In this document: in pieces, positions 1 through 11,923 of the stretch
Layout: each line of letters starts with the position of its first letter
Position numbering within the stretch: the stretch's first letter is position 1
NCBI GenBank assembly: GCA_964106915.2
Contig: OZ066914.1
DNA from: Podarcis gaigeae
Taxonomy: Eukaryota
Length of the DNA: 64,000 nt
Strand: one strand, 5' to 3'
The notes under the pieces: model-generated
What the model was told of the DNA's origin: nothing
Seen by the model: only the letters and a program-made list of their open reading frames with translations
The model's database searches: none
Program-made: the position numbers and the translations under genes

Positions 1-393
1 CAGCTAGTGCATTAGTCAAAATAATTCTTATTCTGAAAGCACCCTTTGTCTTCTGCATGCTATCCTAAGGCCCAACACTACATGTTATATCAACAACATG
101 ATTAGCAATTATGTCATAGGTTGGGACTTTTTTATAGCAGACCAGGGTGGGCTGAGTGGTCAGCAGCATATAGGGAGTTAATGACTAAAATTGCTCCTGT
201 TTCTGTTCAGCAGTTCGCTTTAGGGAAACACTGATGCTATTCCCACACTGGTACCAATGAGAGTGTTTTGATTGCTGTGAAGGGCAGGATTTACCAAGAT
301 CCAGCTTGGGGAGTCTGGAACAGTTTTAAAAGGCTTTGATCAAATTTTAACTATGTTTAAAAACACATGCACTATGACTCCCCTACAACAAAG

Positions 394-406
394 ATTATTT
401 ATTTTT

Positions 407-437
<31 letters not shown>

Positions 438-440
438 TTT
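394..440. repeat. (ATTT)n microsatellite
   Basis: Direct reading. Confidence 0.9.
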
Positions 441-3400
441 TAAACCCAATTTCCTTAGATTTTACACACATAACTAATTCTTGAGAATTCTGATTCTGTG
501 TTATTTTCATGCATGACCAGCCCTAGTCTCATTAGAGAGTGTGGCTGAAATGAAAAGGTGGCTCATTGCTCCACAGAAATAACAGTGTGTTCCAAACTCC
601 TAGGTAAAGTGCAAAGCACTGCAAACAACCAACCAAACCGAACAAGTAGATTGAGCAGAAACTGTTATGGGCAAGGATGGCTCTACAATATTGCCTCCAA
701 GTTTTTGAAAAGCAAATTGTATATGCACAGTCTCATTCTATTAGAAACCTGCTGCCCTAACTTGGTTTTTTCTTTAAAGCCACTGGTAACGTGCTCTAAA
801 TAGCGTGCCCATTTATCAATTTACTGGTGTCATTTGCTTGCTAGTAAGCATTTGTCACTTCCCACAACTTTACGTTGATAAGCAGTTTGAGTTTTCCACA
901 GGCTTGCAATTTATTTGGTTACGTTGCTGAAGTAATGAGATCTCTTTAGCCCTAAACAAGTAGTATATAGCACTGGAAGGGAATGCAAGGGGCAAAAAGA
1001 GAGGTTTGTCTGTGCAGCATGAAACTGACAAGAATATTGACAGCTGCAATGTTATTGGATAAAACCAATTACAAGTAAACAAACAGGTTTATTCTGAGCT
1101 GCTTGCAGTGTAACAAAGATATCTACAAGGTTCTGGTTTGAAAAGGAAATGTGAAATAGGAGGGGGAAAAGGAAGCACTGGCCCATGTTATTGCAGTTTG
1201 ATTCTATTTTTGTTAAGTGGAGTTTTGGTGGAGGTGCTATAGATGAAAATATCCACTTGTTGTTCAAGAAAAAACTGATTAGATTCTTATTTGATTGTCT
1301 GGTGTGCACACATATTCTTGTTGATAATGTTTAAAACATGCATTGTTTACACATGAAAACTGCAATGGTCTTATTTTCTATGACATTCCTATTTCCCCTC
1401 TACCCCAACCAAGTTCTGTACCAAGTGTTAAATCCCAAGTGTTACATGCCACCCCAATCTCTGCCAAGCAGAAACAAGATTCCAGGGGTCTGTGGCATTT
1501 ACCCAGGGGCTTGCTTACTTTGTGAATTCAGGGAACAGCAGAGGTTGCAGCTTTTGAAGATACATGTTTTATTTTACACCTCTATACACCTGGATCTACA
1601 TGGAGACAGCATTACATTTCCAAAGTGTCTCTCCTTGCTTCTCTCCTAGCTTCAGCCAGCTTGAGTCCAGAGCAGCCAGCCATGGTCCCCAGTCTCTGGG
1701 TTGCAGTTCTTCGGTCAGCAGCCAATATGGTTTCAACCGCATGGCTTTCCCAACACCCAAGCAACTCTTCCCATCTGTCTCTTACCCCAAGCCTAGTTTC
1801 TTAGAGGCACATTTTTCCTGTGAGCACAGCCTGCCCCCTACTGTCACATTGACAACCCCTTTTTGCCCAGATTCCTCTTTGATGTGGGTCATCAACACCT
1901 TTTTCCCAAGTGAGGTCCTTGCTTGGAAAGGAAGCTTAGTCTATTTTTCGACTGGCCTGGATCTTCCCTTCAATACTCCAAATATTAGCTGGAGTCTGAC
2001 ATTCATTAATTTATTGTGCTCAAGGGGGGGGGGGGTCTGCCTCCCAAAATACTTATAACAATATCCACAAATTATGTGCAGCCTGATCCTATGCATTTTT
2101 CTAAGAAGTGAGTCCCAGTAGGATTTCCTGCCAAGCAACTGTGCATAACATTGTGTATTATCTTAGTGAAACATGAAACCAGAACTTCCACAACTTTCTT
2201 GGTATCTTGAACTGATTGTTTTTGATGATGGTTGACTATTGATGCTTTAATGCCGGCTTTAATGTCAAGCTTTGTTTAGTTTTGTAAGTAGCTTTGTGTC
2301 TCCATGGACAGAGAAGCAGGACAAAAATAATAAATCATATTAAATGTGTGCAAGATACATCCCACTGAAGTCACTTGCAAAACTATTCGATTTAATGAGT
2401 CTTGCACTGCACTTTTAGATATCAATTGGATAATAATAAAGTGACTCAATTACCAAGTCTGTATTGTAAACTTTTATTAAGCTTTTATTGAATTAAATTC
2501 ATTACGTTCCTTGCCTTTCTTATGAGATCTGCCGTACTGTTAATGTGCGAGATAATTATGTGGCTGGAAGCGTAATAGAGCCAAAGGAAATAATCGATAA
2601 TAAGCATGAAGTGTGAACTATTAGATGGAATGTTGCTGGCATAAGTCACCCTTCCAAATGTACTAGGATTCTCAAAGCTCTATGTAGTTTAAGAGTAATA
2701 ATCTCATTTATCTCCATCAACCCATGCACAATTAAAGCATAATTGAGCCAAGTGGGGCTCTTTGCTCTGTACCTGTGTAATACTATTTTTGGAGGGAGGG
2801 ATATTTTTGCAACTTTAGCCTATCACAACAGGCACCGATCACACCGTAAAGTGTCTAGTGAGAGAGATTTTACAACCTCGACAATTAAGCAGCTTGAGCA
2901 TATGGTTAAATATAATTGCATAGACTCCAACCTGCATATCCTTTTTGAACAGCAGTCTGATCCACATTCATTGCTGCCATGCAGATGGATTGGTGTAAGC
3001 AGGTTTGGCTATGGTGATTTGGATAAACTAAAAAGACAGACATTGTTAGAAATAATAGCCTTGTTCAGATAACATGCTAAACAGCTTATAAGCAGCTTGG
3101 AGGAGCTTCAAGGTTAGGAGAACTATCAGCTGAGCACTGAGCGTGCTCTTGTGCACAGAATACTATGCGGGGGGGGGGAGGACAAAACATGGGGGAGGAA
3201 GAGGCTAATGGAGCACGGCTGGCTGGTTGGAATCCTGAACAGGAGCACTTCATACAGCAACATTTTTGTAGGTCCCACGTACTTTGGTTACGTTGCAGAA
3301 GTGCTCCCATGAGTGAAAACAGTGGCATTGGAAGTAGTTCTCACATAATTTATCGATGCTACTGTTGTACGCAAATAAATTGTGCTGCAGTTCAGGTTCC

Positions 3401-3875
3401 AGAAGAGACACTTTAAAAAGTCTAACTTCCTATTAAAATCACTCAGAACATTTCAAGACCTTTCACATTTTCCAGCTTCAGTGTCTCACCTCTGCTGACG
3501 TGGTGGTATTTTTTTGAAGAATGAACAGAAGCAGAATTGTCACATCAAACCTGTTTGTGCTGACCTTTCTGGAAGGGCCTTGTGACCCCTCTTTCCACAG
3601 TTCTCTAGCTGAAAGAGCTAAAGTGTGAATTATTAAATCTGACTGTTGAAGTGCAACACTTTTTTACTGCCTTTGTAAAGATTTGTAAATTAGTCTTTAA
3701 AAGCATTAATGTTCTCTTTCTCTCAAAAGCACCTCAAAAGCAATACACAGTGGTATCAGTTCATACACCCAGCGGTCATCAACTCATGCTTATCTGAACT
3801 AGGCCTTTGCTATATTTGGATCTCAAGACAGATTAAGATACAGTATACATGTTGATCCTGCAGCTCTGTTTAAAT

Positions 3876-4012
3876 CAGGCACAGGGAAACTCGGCCCCCC
3901 CAGATGTTTTGGGACTACAACTCTCATGGTCACTAGGTAACAGGACCAGTACTCAGGGATGATGAGACTTGTAGCCCCAAAACATCTGGAGGGCCAAGTT
4001 TGCCTATGCCTG
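3876..4012. mobile_element. Palindromic hAT-type MITE
   Basis: Long imperfect TIRs starting CAGGCA. Perfect 8-bp TSD GTTTAAAT. Confidence 0.9.
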
Positions 4013-4470
4013 GTTTAAATGCTGCAAAACTAAAGAACATAGTGCTATAATTCTTCTTTACTATTGCAAAAGTGCTCCTCCAAAATAACCTTGTTCCTGT
4101 GGGACCTTTTTTATTCAAGCCACTTCTTTTACAGGCACTTCTCACCTGAATCTTCACTTGACGCATATCCACAGTTGAAATTAAATTAAAAGTTTACATG
4201 GTGCCAACTCAGCACATGTTTGAAGTAAGTTTGAAATGAAATATGTTTGAAATGCAGACTTAAAGGATTGAGTAGCGTATTGGGCCATTGTTTTAGCCAT
4301 ATATATGGCTATGAAGTAAGTGAGCAAGATAAGAGATGTTAGGTGTGGATGTGTATCATCCTCCCAATAACTATTTAAAACCAGAAGTACTGCTTGCTTC
4401 CTGAAAGGTGATTAGGTGGTGAGAAGTTGTGGAAACAGAGGTTCCCCGCTTCCTTCATGCAGTTTTACTG

Positions 4471-4512
<42 letters not shown>

Positions 4513-4525
4513 TACACACACACAC
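4471..4525. repeat. (CT)n(CA)n compound microsatellite
   Basis: Direct reading. Confidence 0.95.
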
Positions 4526-4854
4526 CCCTACATGAGTGGTTTTATTCCCCTAATTTCAGATGCCGCTCATTTGGAACTTTGTTTGCAGGACATCTGCTGG
4601 AGAAGCACTGAAACTGAAAACCAGGACAGGGTTAGATACCACTTCTGAAATCCTGATAGTCCCTCTAGAAGTGGCTTTTCAGATTTAATAAGGGCCAGAC
4701 ACACACATGTAGAACATCTAGTTCGGCCGTCAACTGAGAGGATACTTTTTCTATTCCGTTAACCATGAAGTCTAACTCTGTTGACTTTCTATTACCTTTG
4801 TAACAATTGCCTTTGTACATTAGTCTTAAAAAACATATTCGGTCTTGAAAAAAA

Positions 4855-4897
<43 letters not shown>
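4855..4897. repeat. (TC)n(AC)n compound microsatellite
   Basis: Direct reading. Confidence 0.95.
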
Positions 4898-5203
4898 TTA
4901 ATTCTGATGGAAATAGTCACTGTCTACTTTTAGATTACGCAGTGTACAAATAGGATAAAAAGAGCTACACAAGTCTTTCCAAGTCACAGTGAAATCTGAA
5001 AGGTTGCCCATCTGATAGTTGGTTCATACATGCCTGTTCATATGACACAGGGAAAGGAAACCTGTTGCCGAACTACAACTCTTATCATTCCTGACCATTC
5101 ACCATGTTGGCTAGGGCAGATGAGAGTTTCTCCCGTTATTCTGTTGGTTAGTCATGCTGACATGGGCTGGGAGTTGAGTATAAATAACAATATACTCCAC
5201 ACT

Positions 5204-5494
5204 TACTGGATAGCTCAGTTGGTTAGAGTATGGTGCTGATAATGCCAAGGTTGCAGGTTCGATCCCTGTATGGGGCAGCTGCTTATTCCTGCATTGCAAA
5301 AGGTTGGACTAGATCAGGGACGTCCAACTCCCAATAGACTGTGATCTACTCACAGTGGGAAGGAAATTGCTGAGGAGCCAGAGATCTACCAGGAACACCC
5401 CATGATCTACTAGTAGATCACAATCTACCTGTTGGACATGCCTGGATCAGATGATCCTTGGGGTCCCTTCCAACTGTATAATTCTATTATTCTA
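5204..5494 (+). mobile_element. tRNA-Ile-derived SINE with CR1-type 3' tail, interrupted by a MITE
   Basis: Head matches vertebrate tRNA-Ile (A box TAGCTCAGTTGG, B box GGTTCGATCCC, anticodon loop GAT). Tail ggttggactagatga...ggtcccttccaac...attcta is a CR1 3' end. Confidence 0.85.
5315..5444. mobile_element. hAT-type MITE inserted in the SINE
   Basis: TIRs CAGGGACGTCCAAC / GTTGGACATGCCTG. Degenerate 8-bp TSD gactagat / gatcagat. Confidence 0.75.
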
Positions 5495-5919
5495 GGTTAT
5501 AATGGAGCACAGAAATGCCCATATTTCACAGCAGTAGTTTATATAATGGCATGTCAACTCACTGTCTCTGAATGTGCATTCTCATTTCTATGTATTTTAT
5601 ATGTGATTGTGATTCTCACCTAATTACTCATAATATATGTAAAATACTCTCCTCCCCTCACACCTCCCAGCTCAAAACAATAGACTTTTCAATGTATGAA
5701 ATGGTTACTGTCAAAACTGGGGAAATGCTGCTACTGAATTCATCATCATGCAAGCAGGTATGATTCTAAACTGGTTATTATTAATGTTCAGCTGTCCAAA
5801 CAAACTGAACAAACTAGAGAAACTGTTCTTACCTATTTTTTCTATTTTTTTACTCTGATTGCTTGCAATATAGGAGAGTGAGGCTGCATTATAAATTGCT
5901 CTGTAGTAAAGCAATAACA

Positions 5920-6282
5920 GGAAATGGGCGGCACTGTGATCTAAACCACAGAGCCTAGGGCTTGTCGATCGGAAGGTCAGTGATTTGAATCCCCGTGACA
6001 GGGTGAGCTCCCATTGTTCGGTCCCAGCTCCTGCCCACCTAGCAGTTCGAAACCACGTCAGGTGCAAGTAGATAAATAGGTACCACTCCGGCGGGAAGGT
6101 AAACGGCATTTCCGTGCCCTGCTCTGGTTAGCCAGAAGTGGCTTAGTCTTGCTGGCCACATGACCCAAAAGCTGTCTGCAGACAAACGCCGGCTCCCTCG
6201 GCCTATAGAGCGAGATGAGTGCGCAACCCTAGAGTCATCTGCGACTGGACCCAATGGTCAGGGGTACCTTTACCTTTACCTT
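5920..6282 (+). mobile_element. Sauria SINE, full length
   Basis: Typical body (cacctagcagttcgaaa...gtagataaataggtacc...ctggccacatgacc), (ACCTTT)n tail, 13-bp TSD TAAAGCAATAACA. Confidence 0.92.
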
Positions 6283-7414
6283 TAAAGCAATAACAATTGA
6301 GTAAAGCATTGACTGTGTAAATTGGAAATCCCAAAGATCCAGAAAAGTCTGCATCAACAGGACTTTTGAGTCTTTGGCTATGTTCACATTACCATTTACT
6401 CTGGCTCCAGCGCACTCCCATGGCTGGTGTTTTAAGCCAAAGCACACATGGCATTAATCACAATCCATAGGTATCCTGTAGTTTCTTGAGAACTGATGCA
6501 TTTCCCCTCAAACCAGCTTCCATCTGATTTGAAAATGTAAGCTGTGGTTAAGTTGAGGTGCGCAGATGGCAGCTACTGAATAGGAGTTTGAGGCAGGTGG
6601 GAAACAAATCAGGTAGCATCAGGCAAAGACATTGGTGCCCCCTCTGTGTGACTTGAAACATGACAAGGAAAAACAACCTCACCACATTTTAAGCGGGAAC
6701 TGTGTACGTTCCAGGTTCCAACCCAATTGATTGGAGCAGCTGATTTCAAAGTAAAGTCCTGCAATGTGAGTGTGTTTGACTTTGTATAATTTTCAGCCCT
6801 TTCCCTTCTCTTGTGGAATAAGTAGAAGGAACCAGTATCAGGAAAATTACTGAGTAGAGAACACTTCCCCTTCTCCTAAAATTAATGTCCACTGTTTCAG
6901 TTTTTTCTTATAACATTCGCCTAGAGTAGAGTAGCTTAAATGTGCTTTCTTAATATCTCTCATTTTAACAAGGAAGCAAATCATTATGGGAAGGATTTAT
7001 GCTTTTATATAAGGTACCAAACCAATGTTGAGGACAGAATCTATAGCTAATGTCCTGTTTAAAATAAGTTTTTCTGCCACTCACAAGTGGAAATCCACAG
7101 TGCCAGAGTCCTTCTGGTCTAGCCATGTAAACATCTGGCAGAGCAGCAACAGCTGTAGAAGAAACCTGAAGCAGTGTAGCACCTGACAGCTTCCATTGTG
7201 GAACTTTCCGTGGGACAGACTTGGCTTTCTTCCTCGCTGATGGATTTGTTGAGTTGTTGAGTCCCTGTCAGGGAAAAGGGCGGAATATACATATGAAATA
7301 TAGAAGCTCGATACATAACAAAATAATATATTACTACTATTATTTATTTATTTTAGATGGCAAGGTGGTGTTGAACATGATAGACTTTTTCACAGGGCCT
7401 TTGGGGATGTGTTA

Positions 7415-7707
7415 CGGGCAACTCCTCAATTACATGGGGGTTATGTTCCGAGTCACTGCACATTTAATATTGGAAACACCATTGAAAATGCCTGCAAACA
7501 CCACAATTGCTCCCTCCAAGCCTCCTTGCTCAAACTCAAACTCTCCACAAGCCTCAAAGGTCCGTGCAAGGGCTCATGGGATTGCTAGATGCTGTTTTCA
7601 CACAGTTTTGCAGTTTTTGCCCCTTTTTGTGTTACTTCTGGGTTTGCAGCAATACATGTGTGCGCGGTCTTGCATGCTATGAACACACTTGAATGGGGAG
7701 TTGCCTG
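7415..7707. mobile_element. Tc1/mariner-type MITE (second family)
   Basis: TA-flanked TIRs CGGGCAACTCCTC / GGGGAGTTGCCTG. Confidence 0.7.
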
Positions 7708-8393
7708 TAAATACTTTTAGGCTGTGATTCTATATAGTCTCATGTAGGAGAAAGTACCACTGAACTCCATAGGGCTTACTTATGAGGAGACATGTCTTCC
7801 TGTTAATTGTGTGTGGTGATTGTAGGATTATGTCCTTTTAATGTTTCATTCGGACGTAAGTCGCCTTGAAAATCATTTAATCATGTTTTTATCATGTTTT
7901 TATAAAAAGTAAAAACATACTCAGCAGTGATTCATCCTATTCAGGTCCCCAAAACCTAGGAACCTAGATGCCTTTAAGAATCCTTGCTTCTTCCTTCCAG
8001 AAGATAATTGTAGATTTGTTTACTTGACAGGAACACAGAGATAATTTTCTAGCTGTGACATGATGTAAAACCTAGGCAATTAATAGAGAAGTAACTGTAT
8101 CTGGTTAAATTAACAAAATAACTCAACCTAGATAGCCTGAAGCTTAAATGAGAACAAACTCTTTGGACCAAGACTGAGGCAATAAATAATGTGCGGGTGG
8201 AACATTTATGTCATATCTAAATGAAGACTAAGGATAATTTGTCTAAATTAATGGGACATGTCCGACCGGCATATCATTTAGTTACTAAAAAGTAAACAAA
8301 TTCTCCCACTTTGTTCAGGGAAATGAATATTTTTGCATCTTATTCCTGCAGAAGCATAACTATCTACATTTTAAGCAAGGAAAAACTCTATTC

Positions 8394-8468
8394 CATAGAA
8401 TCATAGAATGGTAGAGTTGGAAGGGACCCTAAGGGTCATCTAGTCCAACCCCCTGAAATGCAGGAATC
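8394..8468 (-). mobile_element. CR1-type 3' tail fragment (truncated SINE or CR1 LINE)
   Basis: Reverse complement of the same CR1-type tail with ATTCTATG repeats. Confidence 0.8.
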
Positions 8469-8600
8469 AAAACCATCAGAAGCATTTCAGCAAATGTCAC
8501 TTTTGTAGCCTAGGGTTTTGTGGATACATACTAACAGCAAAAAAAAAAAATTCTGAGTGTATATATATATATATTTATGTAGCCAAAATAACATGTACAC

Positions 8601-8796
8601 CAGAGCTTTCACAACTGTGTCCTGGCACGTTAGTGTGTCAGCTGCAGTGTGTCATGCAAACACTCCCCGCACTCCTCCTAGTGCTGGAAAGGGGTTAGTT
8701 TAACCCCCGGTTTGCTAGTAAAACTGAAAGGCTGTGCTGCAAAATGATGCATGTCTAAAAAGCATGTCACCAACATGAAAAGTTTGGAAAGCTCTG
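8601..8796. mobile_element. hAT-type MITE
   Basis: TIR CAGAGCTTTC / GAAAGCTCTG. TSD ATGTACAC / ATGTACAT. Confidence 0.85.
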
Positions 8797-9880
8797 ATGT
8801 ACATATAAGACTTGCAGGCTTGCTGAACCCCCCAGGTTTTGCAGAAATAAAGTAAAAACATTAGGGAGAACCCAAAATATCTTGAGGGGACACATTCCCT
8901 TCTGTCCTACCTTCAGATGGCCAAATACCAGTGATGGGCAGGGCTGAAATGTAGCTATGTGAAGTCTTAACTACAGTTCCAAGGGTTCTCAGGAGGGAAG
9001 CTTTGGCTGTTAAAGTGGTATAAGAGTGTTTTAAATGTATGGTGTGGATGTGACCATGCTTTGTGAGAGGGAAGAGTCATTAACACTGAGAATGCTTGTT
9101 TCTATGTTGCTCTCGACTTTTCATTATCTTGACAAGCTTAAGGCACTGTAGTCACATGTCTGTTTGATAACTTTAAGAAAGGAGGACAGTAATAGAATCC
9201 TAGCCCAAAGGCACCTGGTGCAATATTAAAAACCCACAGTCTAAACACATTGCAGCAGGGGAAGAAAAATAAAAACAGAAACCTCTAAAAAATATTTAAT
9301 AAAAAAAAATACCAAAACCGAATAATAATAACAACAAGAAGCACCAGTTCACCAAAGTGGACACACCAACCATAAACACAGACAATAAAATCACTAATAC
9401 TAACAATCAATGATAAAAAATTAGTACCACAATTAAAGCAGGAAACAATTTTTTAAAACTCTGCATATAACTATCATATTCTGTAATATTAACCACCAAT
9501 AAATGAGTTCTGAAATTTTATATACACACACACTGACATGCTTTGATCAAATGATGAAATATGGAGGAGAGTTTGAGGAAAGTGTTAATTCCTCCATAAG
9601 TTGGAAATAATATTCTTCCCTAATGTGCAGCTGCAAAGTGCTCGTAATTCCTTATCTCTGTTGCTATGCAGCCTGGCACTTAGAGCTGGCCTATGTAAGA
9701 GGGCCCACATTTCATCATTCCTTCTGGAGACAAAACATGAAGACAAAGAGTGCAGAAACTGCTGTAGAGAAATAATTGGAGATAAGTTAAAAATTGAAGA
9801 CAGTTGGAGAACTGGACTTAAAGAATTGTGGAGTTTGGCAAATGGACTTTGTACTTGCTTTGTGGACTTTGTTCAAAGAA

Positions 9881-10024
9881 GGACTCTGAGCTCAGTTGGT
9901 AGAGCATGAGACTCTTAATCTCAGGGTTGTGTGTTGGCGCTCCACATTGGGCAAAAGACTCCTGCATTGCAGGGGGCTGGACTAGATGACCCTTGTGGTC
10001 CCTTCCAGCTCTATGATTCTATGA
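9881..10024 (+). mobile_element. tRNA-Lys(CTT)-derived SINE with CR1-type tail
   Basis: Head AGCTCAGTTGGTAGAGCATGAGACTCTTAATCTCAGGGT matches tRNA-Lys-CTT. Same cctgcattgcaggggg.tggactagatgacc...cccttcca..tctatgattcta tail as the 5204 copy. Confidence 0.85.
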
Positions 10025-10486
10025 ATTTGGGTATGAAAGCTAAATCCCTCTTTGGGCTCAGTGTAGGTATAGAGTATTTTGTATTCACTAAGTTAAGCAA
10101 TTTCTGCTAATGCAAGCTTAATTGTTTGACTGAACTTCTGTGGGCATACACAACACCAAACAGAGAGCCTCACCCTGCTATCTCACGGATTGAGGAATAC
10201 CATATAGAAAGAAATGTTTTCTGAAACAAGAGAATACTTGGATAACTGTTTACAGTACAATACTTTTTGGACATTTTGTAAAAAAAAAAAAGGGCAAAAA
10301 GACAGACTTTTGGTCCAAAAAATTCTTTATTGCTTTTAAGCAATCAAACATATGCAGGCTAACTTGACACAGATTAGATATGGCTTCACAAGGGAGTATG
10401 CACTCCTACTTTGTAAATTTAAATCATACCAGTGGACCATAGAGATTTGGGTGAAAGAAAAAAGTAGGTCATAGTAGACTGAAGTT

Positions 10487-11886
10487 GCTGTTGTTGTTTA
10501 GTCGTTTAGTCGTGTCCGACTCTTTGTGACCCCATGGACCAGAGCACGCCAGGCACTCCTGTCTTCCACTGCCTCCTGCAGTTTGGTCAAACTCATGCTG
10601 GTAGCTTCGAGAACACTATCCAACCATCTCGTCTTCTGTCGTCCCCTTCTCCTTGTGCCCTCCATCTTTACCAACATCAGGGTCTTTTCCAGGGAATCTT
10701 CTCTTCTCATGAGGTGGCCAAAGTATTGGAGCCTCAGCTTCACGATCTGTCCTTCCAGTGAGCAGTCAGGGCTGATATCCTTAAGAACGGAGAGGTTTGA
10801 TCTTCTTGCAGTCCATTGGACTCTCAAGAGTCTCCTCCAGCACCATAATTCAAAAGCATCAGTTTTTCGGCGATCAGCCTTCTTTATGGTCCAGCTCTCA
10901 CTTCCATACATCACTACTGGGAAAACCATAGCTTTTACTATATGGACCTTCGTCGGCAAGGTGATGTCTCTACTTTTTTAGATGCTGTCTAGGTTTGTCT
11001 TTGCTTTTCTCCCAAGAAGCAGGCGCCTTTTAATTTCATGGCTGCTGTCACCATCTGCAGTGATCATGGAGCCCAAGAAAGTAAAATCTCTCATTGCCTC
11101 CATTTCTTCCCCTTCTATTTGCCAGGAGGTGATGGGACCAGTGGCCATGATCTTCGTTTTTTTGATGTTGAGCTTCAGACCATATTTTGCGCTCTCTTCT
11201 TTCACCCTCAATAAAAGGTTCTTTAATTCCTCCTCACTTTCTGCCATCAAGGTTGTGTCATCTGCATATCTGAGGTTGTTGATATTCTTCCAGCAATCTT
11301 GGGGTGTCAACACAAGGGGGCTTGTGAAGAAGGCACAGCAGAGACTGTACTTTTTAAGAATCCTAAGGAAAAACCATCTTCCGCAGAAACTGCTGCTTGC
11401 CTTCTATCACTGTGCCATTGAGAGCGTGCTCACTTATGGCTTATGTGTGTGGTACGGAAGCTGTACTACCCAGGACAGGATGGGGTTGTGCAGAGTTGTT
11501 AAGGCAGCAGAGAGCATTGTTGGCTGCCCACTCTCCACCTTAGAGCAGATTTATGCCACAAGGTGCCAGAGGAAGGCACTGGACATAGTAAAAGATCCAT
11601 CGCATCCTGGTCACTGTCTCTTCGAGCTCCTGCCGTCGGGACGGAGATACAGGACGATGATGACAAGAACGAGCCGTCTCAAGAACAGCTTCTTCTCCAG
11701 AGCGATCTCGGCCCTGAATGGGAAACCTGGACTTTGAAGTCATCTAATCTTCCTTGCTGTATTATATTGTATTGTTTTAATTAGTGTTTTTATAGTTGTT
11801 CTGATTTTAAGTGGAGTGCCCTATCTGGGTGGATGGAGCAGCCAAGTAATTTCGTTGTCCCTGAGAGGGGGCAATGACAATAAAGA

Positions 11887-11923
<37 letters not shown>

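Noticed and set aside
1-3700. Possible 3' end of the upstream gene (PKP4 by synteny)
   Set aside because: No recognisable coding exon. AATAAA hexamers in AT-rich DNA are not diagnostic.
5204-5278. Possible genuine tRNA-Ile gene
   Set aside because: Acceptor stem is degenerate, there is no oligo-T terminator, and it runs directly into a CR1-type tail, so it is a SINE.
9881-9953. Possible genuine tRNA-Lys gene
   Set aside because: T-arm/B box is mutated (GTGTTGGCGCTCC) and it is followed by the SINE tail.
10982-11737. 251-aa plus-strand ORF, the longest in the track
   Set aside because: Chance fusion of antisense BovB sequence with the nested Rex1 fragment. Not a gene.
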